A DNA stretch of 64,000 nt from Armatimonadota bacterium (lineage in GTDB: Bacteria > Armatimonadota > Fimbriimonadia > Fimbriimonadales > GBS-DC). The translations under genes were made by a program, and so were the position numbers. This document shows, piece after piece, positions 49,774 to 58,749 of this stretch. Every line of letters starts with the position of its first letter. Within the stretch, counting starts at the first letter, position 1. The stretch covers positions 64,001-128,000 of the forward strand of contig JBBIML010000012.1 in the NCBI GenBank assembly GCA_037444405.1, read 5' to 3'. The notes beneath the pieces are model-generated. The model worked only from the letters and a program-made list of their open reading frames with translations, was not told the DNA's origin and did no database searches.

Positions 49774-50148
49774 TTATGAACGGCTTTCCTCCTCCTTCAG
49801 CAGCCCACTCAGCAGCCCGTGAATGACGCCCAGCACCACCGAGCCGTAAAGCGCCGCCCAGAAGTTGCCCACGCGAAAGCCCAGCGGCGCAATCGCGAAC
49901 ACAATCCAGAACAGCAAAGCGTTCGCAATCAGTCCCGCGATGCCCAGCGTGAGACAGTTGAGCGGCAACAGTGCCAGCCGCATGACGGGGCGAACCAGCG
50001 CGTTCACCAGCCCCAGAACCAACGCCATAACCGCCACATCGACCCAGTTCGAGCTAGGCTTCATATCCAGCCCCAGCGCCTGCCCGCTCCAGAAGGTCAG
50101 ATAGAGCGCCAGCGCGAAAACGACCCACTTCCCAACGAACCGCGCCAT
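49774..50148 (-). CDS. YvlD-like membrane protein (4-TM 'phage holin' family)
   Basis: ALVLGLVNALVRP..LPLNCLTLG..NALLF..FWAALYGS. Confidence 0.88.
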   Translation of the reverse strand: MARFVGKWVVFALALYLTFWSGQALGLDMKPSSNWVDVAVMALVLGLVNALVRPVMRLALLPLNCLTLGIAGLIANALLFWIVFAIAPLGFRVGNFWAALYGSVVLGVIHGLLSGLLKEEESRS

Positions 50149-50242
50149 TAGCAGAAGTATACCCCGCACGAATCCCTGTCCAGCAGGATTCTCGGTGCTG
50201 TGCGCGTATTCCCCTATTGCTCGCATCGCCCGAAAGAGGGCT

Positions 50243-51766
50243 ATGGACATCTCAGCAGAGACGCTGGAAATATTAGAACAGCTATTTGAACGCGCTAAAC
50301 GCATCTGCCTGCAGAAAGGGCTGACCGAGCAGGAGGTGCAGCTGACCAATCTGCCCGCAGGGGTTTACACGGTGCGGGCGCGGGAAGAGAGCGGCACACG
50401 CTGGCTGCGGACAGAGGGTAAAATCGTCACAGAGGTGCCGTGGATCTTTGCGGTGCCGACGGGGGCGAACAAGGTGACGGTCTACTGGGACGGTGTACCA
50501 GGTGCGACGGGTTATCGGGTGCGCTGGGGGACGGTGAGCGGGAGTTATCCCAGCGCGAGTGAGGTGTTGTCGGGTTCGGTGCGGCGGTACACGGTGTCGG
50601 GTTTGATGAGTGAGCAGGAGCACTACTTTGTGGTGGAGGCGGAGTGGCATGGGGTGTGGGGTCCGCCTTCGGAGGAAGATAGCGCAGTGCCGCATGTGGG
50701 GGCGATCCGATGGGATTCTGGCAATGTTAGCTGGATTATGGAGGATGTTCGGCGTGTGATTGGCTCTATGGCAGGGTACGATGTGCTCGATGTGTTAGGT
50801 CCTGACGGTCTAATCTATACTGACAGTGGGGTAAGGCAGCCGACGACCTTCTTTGACACGAATCGGCAGGTTTTCCTTTTTACCGACTTTCCTAGTTTGC
50901 AAGTTCCAGCGGTTGACGCAGGGCGTGAAGAGTTAGAGAACACCTGCACCGGACCCTACCGTCGTGTGCGAACAAGAGGGGATCGAGGTATCACAGCTGT
51001 TCGTGGAACTTTTTGGGTACCCTCCACAACTTCACCGCACTGGCCGTTCATTCAGATTTCCATACCTCCAGTCGTGGATGACCCCAACAACAACTTTAGA
51101 ACCGCAGATACACCATACATGTACTTTGGTTTCGCATTTGGAAACACGGATGTTGAAGGTGGTTTGATGTATCATCGGGCGGGTAGAGCTGGTTTGGACT
51201 ACCCACGCTGGCAGGCTTATATGAAGGTTGTGCATCGAGGTCGTGTTAGAAATGTAGCGATTACAGATACCAGCAATATGAGAGGGCACATCTTGGATAA
51301 TGTATATGGTGGGACACCTACTGTAGTCGAGCTGTACACTTTTAGTCGGGATCGGGCAGCAATGCTCCGCATACAGCCTATAGATCCCAAATACGGCAAC
51401 ACAATTTTCCTCAGGGAGATTTTTGCTACTGCCAAGCTCAGACAAAATATATCAGGAGCACGTTTTCGGCGTGTTTTCTCGATAGCTCAAAGAAGGGAGT
51501 CAATGCCAGGGTGCCCACTAATGCCTGGCTGTGTAAGAACGGGTAGTTATGTAAGCGGAATGGGAATAGGGTATAATCCTATTGAGGGTTCTCCTTTAGA
51601 TCCACCTGGGCAGATTTCAACGGCTCCCTTTCTTTGGTTCGAGTGGATAAGACGCGATTATACCGATCAAGCTGGCTCATATCCAGGTTCAAATGCTGGG
51701 ATTGTTTCGTGGGTCGAGATAATCCAAGATTCACGGGAAGCAGTCACTATATACTTAGGAAATTGA
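50243..51766 (+). CDS. Fibronectin type III domain protein with YrpD-like C-terminal domain (possibly chimeric N-terminus)
   Basis: FN3: VYWDGVPGATGYRVRWGT..YTVSGL..YFVVEA; C-terminal TGPYRRV, DTPYMYFG..EGGL..WQAY; visibly AT-richer after ~50700. Confidence 0.7.
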   Translation: MDISAETLEILEQLFERAKRICLQKGLTEQEVQLTNLPAGVYTVRAREESGTRWLRTEGKIVTEVPWIFAVPTGANKVTVYWDGVPGATGYRVRWGTVSGSYPSASEVLSGSVRRYTVSGLMSEQEHYFVVEAEWHGVWGPPSEEDSAVPHVGAIRWDSGNVSWIMEDVRRVIGSMAGYDVLDVLGPDGLIYTDSGVRQPTTFFDTNRQVFLFTDFPSLQVPAVDAGREELENTCTGPYRRVRTRGDRGITAVRGTFWVPSTTSPHWPFIQISIPPVVDDPNNNFRTADTPYMYFGFAFGNTDVEGGLMYHRAGRAGLDYPRWQAYMKVVHRGRVRNVAITDTSNMRGHILDNVYGGTPTVVELYTFSRDRAAMLRIQPIDPKYGNTIFLREIFATAKLRQNISGARFRRVFSIAQRRESMPGCPLMPGCVRTGSYVSGMGIGYNPIEGSPLDPPGQISTAPFLWFEWIRRDYTDQAGSYPGSNAGIVSWVEIIQDSREAVTIYLGN

Positions 51767-51776
51767 AGAGGTTCTT

Positions 51777-52772
51777 ATGAACAACTTGCTGGCGGTAACT
51801 GACCCGAAGATACCAGACCGATTTCGGTTTGTGGTGTTTGATGGGCGAAGGGGTGTTGCTCTCTATCAGGTGTCAGACAGCAAGCTCATACAGGAGGAAT
51901 GGCTTGTCCAGTTTTCTGGTTACTGGTACATCTCTGGGGCAAATCCCGCCCTTTCACCGAATGGGCGATGGATCTACCTGCCCCTGCACGCTGATACTGC
52001 CTTGATCGACATCCAAACAAAAAGGTTGCACTGGCTGGGACGCGCCCGCCGCCTGCCGGAAGGAGGATACATTCCAGAGGTCTATCGGCTACGCTGGTCA
52101 CCCAATAGCCGCTACCTGTTGGGACAATCGGCGCCTCAAGGGCGCGACTTGATTTTGTGTCAACCTTTAGGACAGGGTTATCGGGTGCTGGTGAAAGACG
52201 GGGTGTATGGTTATGGCTGGTATCCTGATAGTCGGCACATCTGGTATGTGCAAAAGGATGGAAGGGGATATTTCCAGTGGTATCGACGGGATCTGCAATC
52301 GGGTCGCGTGGAGCGATTGAGAGCATCAGAGCGGCAGCGAATCAATAGCGATTGGGATTTGACGTTAGGTCCGTTTCGGTGGATGGAGGTGGAAGTTCGT
52401 CGGCTGCTTAAGCCGGCTGAATGGACGGCTTTGATGGTGATTGCATGTACGGCAGATAGGCAGTTGCGGGTTCTGCTGCCAGCGCAGAACCTGCACCGTC
52501 GGATGTTGATCGAGTGGCGGAATGGGCATTCAGTAGTGCTGGAGGCACCTCCGACAGTGCGCGCGATGAGCTTGTGGGATTTATCGGCGGACAAGCAGTG
52601 GGCACTTGTGTGGAGCCAAGAGCAAGGCGATGGGCACTGGTATGTGGTGCATCTGGAGCGTGGTCACTGGGAGCGACTGGTTTTTTCTGCAGAGGTGGAG
52701 CAGGCCTTGTCGGTTGTTGATGGGGTAATTCGCGCAGATTTTGAACCAAGTGCGCGTTTGTTGCATATATAA
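51777..52772 (+). CDS. Hypothetical TolB/WD40-like beta-propeller protein
   Basis: LSPNGRW, WSPNSRY, WYPDSRH, LSADKQW repeats; AT-richer than the flanking backbone. Confidence 0.7.
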   Translation: MNNLLAVTDPKIPDRFRFVVFDGRRGVALYQVSDSKLIQEEWLVQFSGYWYISGANPALSPNGRWIYLPLHADTALIDIQTKRLHWLGRARRLPEGGYIPEVYRLRWSPNSRYLLGQSAPQGRDLILCQPLGQGYRVLVKDGVYGYGWYPDSRHIWYVQKDGRGYFQWYRRDLQSGRVERLRASERQRINSDWDLTLGPFRWMEVEVRRLLKPAEWTALMVIACTADRQLRVLLPAQNLHRRMLIEWRNGHSVVLEAPPTVRAMSLWDLSADKQWALVWSQEQGDGHWYVVHLERGHWERLVFSAEVEQALSVVDGVIRADFEPSARLLHI

Positions 52773-52846
52773 ACGAACACAACTTAGCCCACCACCCGCA
52801 CAGGCGACTCGCAGAACCCCTATGCGCGGCTGTTTCGTCCGGGCAT

Positions 52847-55360
52847 TCAACAGGTGCTGCCGAAGTTGAACAGAACCTGCAGCAGGTCCGCATCGTCCAC
52901 TGTGCCGTCGCCGTTCACATCTTCGCGCAGGCTGGAACCCGTTTGACCAAACGCGAACAGCACCGATAGCAAATCGGCGTCGTCAATCACGCCGTCCCCA
53001 TTCACATCGCCGCTGATCAGACTGAAGTTGAGATTGACCACATTGCTCAGGAACGCACTCTGGCGCTGGCAGAGCCACGCACTGCCGGGCACAGAGGCGG
53101 TGATGGTGGCGTTGCCGGTGAGCGCGGTCTCCACCGCGTAGTTGCCCGAGGCGTCCAGCGTCACCTGCAGGCTCTCCTGATTGCTCCCCGCCACGATGTC
53201 GAAGCGCACCACAATGCCAGTGGGATTGGAGCGGTTTGCCAGCTGAACCTGCCCCTGCAGGCGCACACGGTTGACCGTCAGCACATTGCTGCCGACCGTC
53301 GCGGCGTAGGTGCTGTTGCCCGCGTACTCCACGCGCAGGGCGTTCGTGCCCAGGGGCAGGCTGAGCGGAATGGTGTAGTTGAGCGTGGCGATGCCCGAGC
53401 TGTTCGTGACGGCGGTCCCCACGACGGCGTTGTTCACTTTGAAGGTGAGCGTCTGACCGCTGATGGGCGCGTTATCCAGGCTCTGACGCAGGGTTGCCTG
53501 AAGCGCCACGGTCTGCCCGCGTCGACCTGACACCGCAGGCACCTGCAGGCTGGTGGCGCGACGCACCTGCCACAGGTTGCTGAAGATGCGGTCATCCACC
53601 ACGAAATCGCCCGTGTTGATATTGCCGCTGTTGTTGCGGTCGTACCAGAGTGCGCCCCACACATCGTAGCCGCCTGGCAGGGCGTCGGCAGGCACGGCGA
53701 AGAACCGCACGCGCGACTGATTGCCCTCTCCGATGCTCACCCGCAGGTCGCGCGGCGGGTCGCTGAGCCAGTTGCCGCTTCCTGCAGGGGCGATCGACGC
53801 GCCTAAAATCACATTGAACTCGTGGGTGGCGGTGATGTTGAAGGTCAGCGTGCCCGTGTTGCCCGTTGCGACGGGGTTGGGCGAGGGGCTGAGTCCGTCG
53901 ATGGTGGCGACCGCGCCCTGCACCAGCTGATAGCCCGCTGGACCATAGTAGTGATTCAAAATCTGTTGCCAGTTTTTGGTTCCGTAGCCGTGCTGGGGTG
54001 CGGCGTTCGTGCAGGCTTGCGAGCTGGAGAGCCGTCGTCCCGTCGCCCAGCGGGCGGAACCCCACTGGCACATTCCGCGCCCATGCCCGTTCCGCGCAAA
54101 GCCTGTGCAAACGGGGTCATAGATGCAGGGCCAGCTGCTGCCCGTGCCTGAATAGCCGTCGCCACAGCCCGCATTATTGTTCTCGGAGGAATATTCGGCG
54201 CGGGCAATCGTGTTAGAAGCGGTCAACAACACATAGCGTGTGGTGGCGTCCACCGCCGCGTTGCCGTTGCTGGTCTGATTGCCTGTGAACACCTGACACG
54301 CCGTCGAATCGCAGATGTCGTAGGTGCTGGTGGCGGGCGAGTAGACAAACGAGACGCCGTAGCTGCGCACGGCGACCGCGCCCGCCTTCAGCGATTCCAT
54401 CCCGCCCGTTACATTGCCCCAGCAGGCGTACCACTCATTGGTGATCACGCCCTTGCAGTAGGTTTCCAGTGTGTAGACTTCCACGCGCTGGCAGTCGGTG
54501 CGCGTGGTGCAGTTGCGCCCGACGCGAATGTACTTGGGCAGGACAATCGGCGCGGGCGCGGCAGGTTCAAAATCGGACGACGCCTCGCGGGGAAGTGGAT
54601 TCGCCAGCGAAGGCGAATCGCTCTTCGAGTCAGGGCAACCCTCGCACGGCTCCGACGATTCGCGATGGCGTGGCGAGCGCATCTCGCGGGTCTCCATACC
54701 CTCGCCGGGCGTCATGCTGAGCCGATAAATCCAGTCGCCCTCGCTCCAGATTTCCACATTTGCCAGCTGAACCGTGCGGTAGCCTGCCCGCTGAACCAGC
54801 AGGGTCGCATAACGCTGGGGAACGCCACTGCGGTCGCAAATGGGGAACTGCAGGAGGAAGCAGCCGCGCGCGTCGGTGACAGCGCTCCCTTCATGCCCCA
54901 CCACACTCACCTGAGCGCCCGCGAGCGGCTGACCGCTCACCTCGTCCGTAACGAAGCCGACCACCACCATCTGCCCCGCACGACGCAGCGACCACAGGAA
55001 CTCCGTGGTTGTCTCCTTCGGCGGCTGAATCGGGTCCAGATAGAGTTCATAGGGCGGTAGAGGCTCCTCGCCAACTGAAAGCGTCATGCCGATGGGGTGA
55101 TAGCCTGCCTGCGCTGCGGAAAGCGCGTAGTTGCCGATGGGCAGGATGAGCGTGAGCCGCCCATCCGTCTGAACAGGAGTGGGCAGAGGCATCGCTTCGC
55201 CCGTGTCGAGGTTGATAATGCGCACGCTGGGGATGAGCGCCTGTCCTGTGAGGGCGTCCTTGAAGCGCAGGTTCAGCACCTGTGAAGAACCGTTTGCCAG
55301 CAGCGGCAGCCCCAGCACGCTGCTGACCAGCAGTCCCAGCCACATCTTGCCGTATCGCAT
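52847..55360 (-). CDS. Secreted SpoIID/LytB-domain protein with carboxypeptidase-regulatory-like, Ig-like and dockerin-like domains
   Basis: LETYCKGV..EW, LKAGAVAVRSY, DICDSTACQV, GHGRGMCQWG, QILNHYY; C-terminal GDVNGDG..DDADLL x2, ending FGSTC. Confidence 0.88.
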   Translation of the reverse strand: MRYGKMWLGLLVSSVLGLPLLANGSSQVLNLRFKDALTGQALIPSVRIINLDTGEAMPLPTPVQTDGRLTLILPIGNYALSAAQAGYHPIGMTLSVGEEPLPPYELYLDPIQPPKETTTEFLWSLRRAGQMVVVGFVTDEVSGQPLAGAQVSVVGHEGSAVTDARGCFLLQFPICDRSGVPQRYATLLVQRAGYRTVQLANVEIWSEGDWIYRLSMTPGEGMETREMRSPRHRESSEPCEGCPDSKSDSPSLANPLPREASSDFEPAAPAPIVLPKYIRVGRNCTTRTDCQRVEVYTLETYCKGVITNEWYACWGNVTGGMESLKAGAVAVRSYGVSFVYSPATSTYDICDSTACQVFTGNQTSNGNAAVDATTRYVLLTASNTIARAEYSSENNNAGCGDGYSGTGSSWPCIYDPVCTGFARNGHGRGMCQWGSARWATGRRLSSSQACTNAAPQHGYGTKNWQQILNHYYGPAGYQLVQGAVATIDGLSPSPNPVATGNTGTLTFNITATHEFNVILGASIAPAGSGNWLSDPPRDLRVSIGEGNQSRVRFFAVPADALPGGYDVWGALWYDRNNSGNINTGDFVVDDRIFSNLWQVRRATSLQVPAVSGRRGQTVALQATLRQSLDNAPISGQTLTFKVNNAVVGTAVTNSSGIATLNYTIPLSLPLGTNALRVEYAGNSTYAATVGSNVLTVNRVRLQGQVQLANRSNPTGIVVRFDIVAGSNQESLQVTLDASGNYAVETALTGNATITASVPGSAWLCQRQSAFLSNVVNLNFSLISGDVNGDGVIDDADLLSVLFAFGQTGSSLREDVNGDGTVDDADLLQVLFNFGSTC

Positions 55361-55366
55361 CCCATC

Positions 55367-56374
55367 TTAGTATACACCACTGCCACACGGTTCAGGGCTT
55401 TTCGAGGCAGCCACTGCGGTCAGCCCGCCTGTGTGCAGAAAGATGACAGGCTCGCGGGCGCCCATCTGCCCCTCTCGAATGCGGTGGAGCATGCCCGCGA
55501 ATGCTTTTGCGGTGTAGGTGGGGTCTAACGGCACGCCTTCCAGCTGCATCAGCAGATGAATCGCAGCGTTGCCCGCTGGCGATGGGACTCCGTAGGCAGG
55601 CTCGGCGTCGTTGCCTGCGAGCAGGGGCGTCTGCCTCCTGTCGAACCGACAGGGTTCACCCAGAAAGGCGCAGATTTGCTCCGCAAGCCGGGCGATAGCG
55701 GCGGGGAAAGCTTTCCAGAGTTTGCCGATATCGATGCCTGCCAATCGCACAGGGGTGTCCAGAAGGGTCAGCCCTGCCCATAAGCCTGCCAGCGTCGTGC
55801 CTGTGCCTGCTGTTACCACCAGCCACGCGCCTGCCAGCCCTTCACGCTGAACCTGCTGGTGAATCTCCAGCGCGGCGCGCGCATAGCCCAGCCCGCCCAG
55901 CACCGAATAGCCGCCTGCAGGGATAAAATAGTGCGAGCCGAGCCGCAGGCGCATCAGCAGACGCACGAGTCGATTCGTCCAGATGATCGAGCGCGCGCTC
56001 TGACCCCGCCTGAGCGGTACGAAGTGCAGATGTGCGCCCAGTTGCTGACATATCAACAGGTTGCCTGTCAGGCAGGGTGGGCGCGGCTCAAAATAGAACA
56101 GATGCGCCTCCAGCCCCAGTTGTTGCGCCGCCGCTGCTGTGATGCGCGCATGGTTGGACTGCAGGGCGCCGAAGGTGGCGACCCGCCGATAGCCTCTGCG
56201 GAGCGCGTCTGCCAGCAGATACTCCAGCGCCCGCGCCTTGTTGCCGCCCATCACCGAACCGCTGCCATCGTCCCGCTTGAGATAGATGGGACGGTTCAGC
56301 TCCGCGCTCAATCGTGGCAGGAACTGCAGCGGCGTGGGGCATGCCATCAATTCAACGCGCGGCACCCGCGCCAA
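55367..56374 (-). CDS. D-cysteine desulfhydrase-like PLP enzyme
   Basis: PTPLQ, KRDD, GGNKAR, QSNHAR, GTGTT, LDPTYTAKA, FLHTGG. Confidence 0.88.
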   Translation of the reverse strand: MARVPRVELMACPTPLQFLPRLSAELNRPIYLKRDDGSGSVMGGNKARALEYLLADALRRGYRRVATFGALQSNHARITAAAAQQLGLEAHLFYFEPRPPCLTGNLLICQQLGAHLHFVPLRRGQSARSIIWTNRLVRLLMRLRLGSHYFIPAGGYSVLGGLGYARAALEIHQQVQREGLAGAWLVVTAGTGTTLAGLWAGLTLLDTPVRLAGIDIGKLWKAFPAAIARLAEQICAFLGEPCRFDRRQTPLLAGNDAEPAYGVPSPAGNAAIHLLMQLEGVPLDPTYTAKAFAGMLHRIREGQMGAREPVIFLHTGGLTAVAASKSPEPCGSGVY

Positions 56375-56390
56375 TCTTTGTGCCAGCTCC

Positions 56391-57722
56391 TCAACTAACA
56401 GCGGGCTTCACCCCCTGTGGAGCGAGCTGGCGTGCCAGCCGCTTCGCCAGCCCGATAATCGTCAGCACCGTCGGTCGTCCCAGCGCCTCAGGGAACACGC
56501 TGGCGTCGCACACATATAGCCTCTCTATCGGCGTGCGCAGATTGGTATCCACCAGCGTGCCGATACGCACCGTTGCGCTCGGATGGGTTCCGCGCAACGG
56601 CGAGGTGAAGATGGAGTTCGGCTCCGCGCCTACCTCTATCAGGATGCGGTGGGCAATCTGCTGCGCCTCCTGCAGACGCTCCCGATCGCGGGCAACTATC
56701 GGCTTGGACAGCGAGCCATCGGGCAGAAGGGCGCCCGAAAGCGTATCGCGCAGTTTAATCATCACGCCCAGCATCTGGCGCCACTGATGCCAGCTGAAAA
56801 CGCGCCTGAACTGGCTCATGCCTGCCATCAGCGGGTAAAGCAGGCACGGATCCATCAGCGGGCTGAACATCACTTCCAGTGCAGGGTCATCCCACGACCA
56901 TGTCATCGGCGGGTCGAGGGCGTTGCCAGGCGCCCGTCGGTGTCCATACACGATCATGGTTAAATCCATCGCCAGCTGCTCGCCTGCTTCCCTGATGCCT
57001 GATGCACGGAGGATGCGCGGTGTGCCCAGTCCACCAGCGCAGAGGATGACCCGTTCGGCGAAGGCGTGGAAAGGGCGTCCCCGATGGCGTCCTGCCACGC
57101 CGATGGCGCAACCGTCCTGAATCAGCACGCGCTCCACCTGCGCCTGGGTCAGCAGTTGAGCGCCTGCGGCGACCGCATCCGCCACAAAAGCCGTCGCGCT
57201 CCATTTGGCGCCGCAGCGGCATCCAAGCAGGCAGTGCGCACCACAGCGAAATCGCTGTGCCTGGCTGGGGCGCATGAACTTGGGCTGGGGGTAGATTGCA
57301 TAGCCCAGCGCCCGCGCCGCCTCCGCCAGCTGCGTCGAGGCGGAGCCACGCAGCTCAGGCGGCAACGGCGCAATCTCCAGCTCCTGAACCGTCTCCTCCA
57401 CCTCGCTGCGAACATCGACGCCGTACTTCTCATAAAGCCAGGGCGGAGGCGGCGCGGCGCAACCCGCAAAAACGCCCGTTGCGCCTCCCACCATCGACGG
57501 CACCACCACCTGAATCCCCTCCGGTGTGAAAAACAGCCCGTGCCGTTCGAGATATTGCACTGCGCCCAGATAGGTGCCGTAGAGCCGACTGCCCTGCTCG
57601 GCGCGACCGCGCTCCAGCAGCAACACCGAACGCCCCGCGCGAGCCAGCTCCCGCGCAACGGTCGCCCCGCCAGGCCCGGTGCCCACCACCACAAACTCCG
57701 CCCGCAGATGCTCCGTTGCCAT
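56391..57722 (-). CDS. GMC family oxidoreductase
   Basis: VVGTGPGGA, C-GAH-C-LLG-C, LCAGGLGTPRIL, HPSATVRIG, CDASVFP..PTVLTI. Confidence 0.88.
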   Translation of the reverse strand: MATEHLRAEFVVVGTGPGGATVARELARAGRSVLLLERGRAEQGSRLYGTYLGAVQYLERHGLFFTPEGIQVVVPSMVGGATGVFAGCAAPPPPWLYEKYGVDVRSEVEETVQELEIAPLPPELRGSASTQLAEAARALGYAIYPQPKFMRPSQAQRFRCGAHCLLGCRCGAKWSATAFVADAVAAGAQLLTQAQVERVLIQDGCAIGVAGRHRGRPFHAFAERVILCAGGLGTPRILRASGIREAGEQLAMDLTMIVYGHRRAPGNALDPPMTWSWDDPALEVMFSPLMDPCLLYPLMAGMSQFRRVFSWHQWRQMLGVMIKLRDTLSGALLPDGSLSKPIVARDRERLQEAQQIAHRILIEVGAEPNSIFTSPLRGTHPSATVRIGTLVDTNLRTPIERLYVCDASVFPEALGRPTVLTIIGLAKRLARQLAPQGVKPAVS

Positions 57723-57795
57723 CCTTGCAAGCCTCCCGCCAATTCAATTCTACCTCAGGTTGTAAACACGGGGATGAATATGGAATAGTAGCGGT

Positions 57796-58749
57796 ATGAA
57801 ACGCTTCGGGCAATGGCTTGGAGGGTGTGCTGCAGCAGCGCTGATAGCAAGCGGCTGCCAGCATCGGGCGATGCTGCCAAGCGAGGTGGTGTATACACCT
57901 GACGCTATCCATGAAGGCGCCATGGGCGAGCGCCCCATCCGCTTCGCGCTGACGGCGGCGTTTATTTCAGAGGCAGGCGTCGGCGTCTATGAGAAGCTGA
58001 TCCGCTATATTGAGAAACAGACGGGCTACCCGTGTGAGCTGGTGAGCGGCTTCTCCTACCGCACGGTGAGCCGCATGCTGGAATCGGGCGCGGTGGAGGT
58101 GGGGTTCATAGGCGGTTTGCCCTATGTGCTGGCTCAAGAGCAGCCCAACCCACCTGTACGCCTGGTGGCAGCTCCTATGCCCGCCGACCCGCGCTATCGG
58201 GGTAAACCCGTCTACTACTCCGACATCATCGTGCGCACCGATAGCCCCTACCAGCGCATCGAAGACCTCAGGGGGCGCACATGGGCGTACAACGATGAGC
58301 TGTCCAACTCGGGCTATAACCTGCCCCGCGCCTTCCTGATACGCAAGGGGTTGCACAAAGGCTTTCTGGGTAGAATGATTCGCACAGGCTCGCATGAGGA
58401 GTCGATTCGCGCGGTGGCGACGGGGCAGGCAGATGTTTCGGCGGTTGACTCGCTGGTGCTGGATTATGAACGCGCTCGCGGCAGCAACTATGCGCGGCGC
58501 GTGCGGGTGATTCACTCACTGGGACCATCAGGGATTGTGCCTGTGGTCGCCTCCTGCAGGATGGCTTCGGAGCGGTTTCAGACGGTACAGCGTGCCCTGC
58601 TGGAGATGCATAAAGACCTGGAGGGCGTCGCCATTCTGAAAGAGGCGCGCTTGAAAGCGTTTGTGCCTGCATCAGATACGCTCTATGACGATATTCGCCG
58701 CGCGCTCCAGACAGCACGCCGAGCGCACTGTGAGGGGCTTCAGCAATGA
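57796..58749 (+). CDS. PhnD/AioX-like periplasmic oxyanion-binding lipoprotein
   Basis: Lipobox-like [48 protein letters not shown]. Confidence 0.85.
   Translation: MKRFGQWLGGCAAAALIASGCQHRAMLPSEVVYTPDAIHEGAMGERPIRFALTAAFISEAGVGVYEKLIRYIEKQTGYPCELVSGFSYRTVSRMLESGAVEVGFIGGLPYVLAQEQPNPPVRLVAAPMPADPRYRGKPVYYSDIIVRTDSPYQRIEDLRGRTWAYNDELSNSGYNLPRAFLIRKGLHKGFLGRMIRTGSHEESIRAVATGQADVSAVDSLVLDYERARGSNYARRVRVIHSLGPSGIVPVVASCRMASERFQTVQRALLEMHKDLEGVAILKEARLKAFVPASDTLYDDIRRALQTARRAHCEGLQQ

Noticed and set aside
49774..50148. 'Phage holin' as evidence of a prophage
   Set aside because: YvlD-type protein in its common context near rapZ-yvcK; no phage genes in the window
55367..56374. ACC deaminase (acdS)
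   Set aside because: Lacks the diagnostic Glu and Leu (has YTAK and HTGG)
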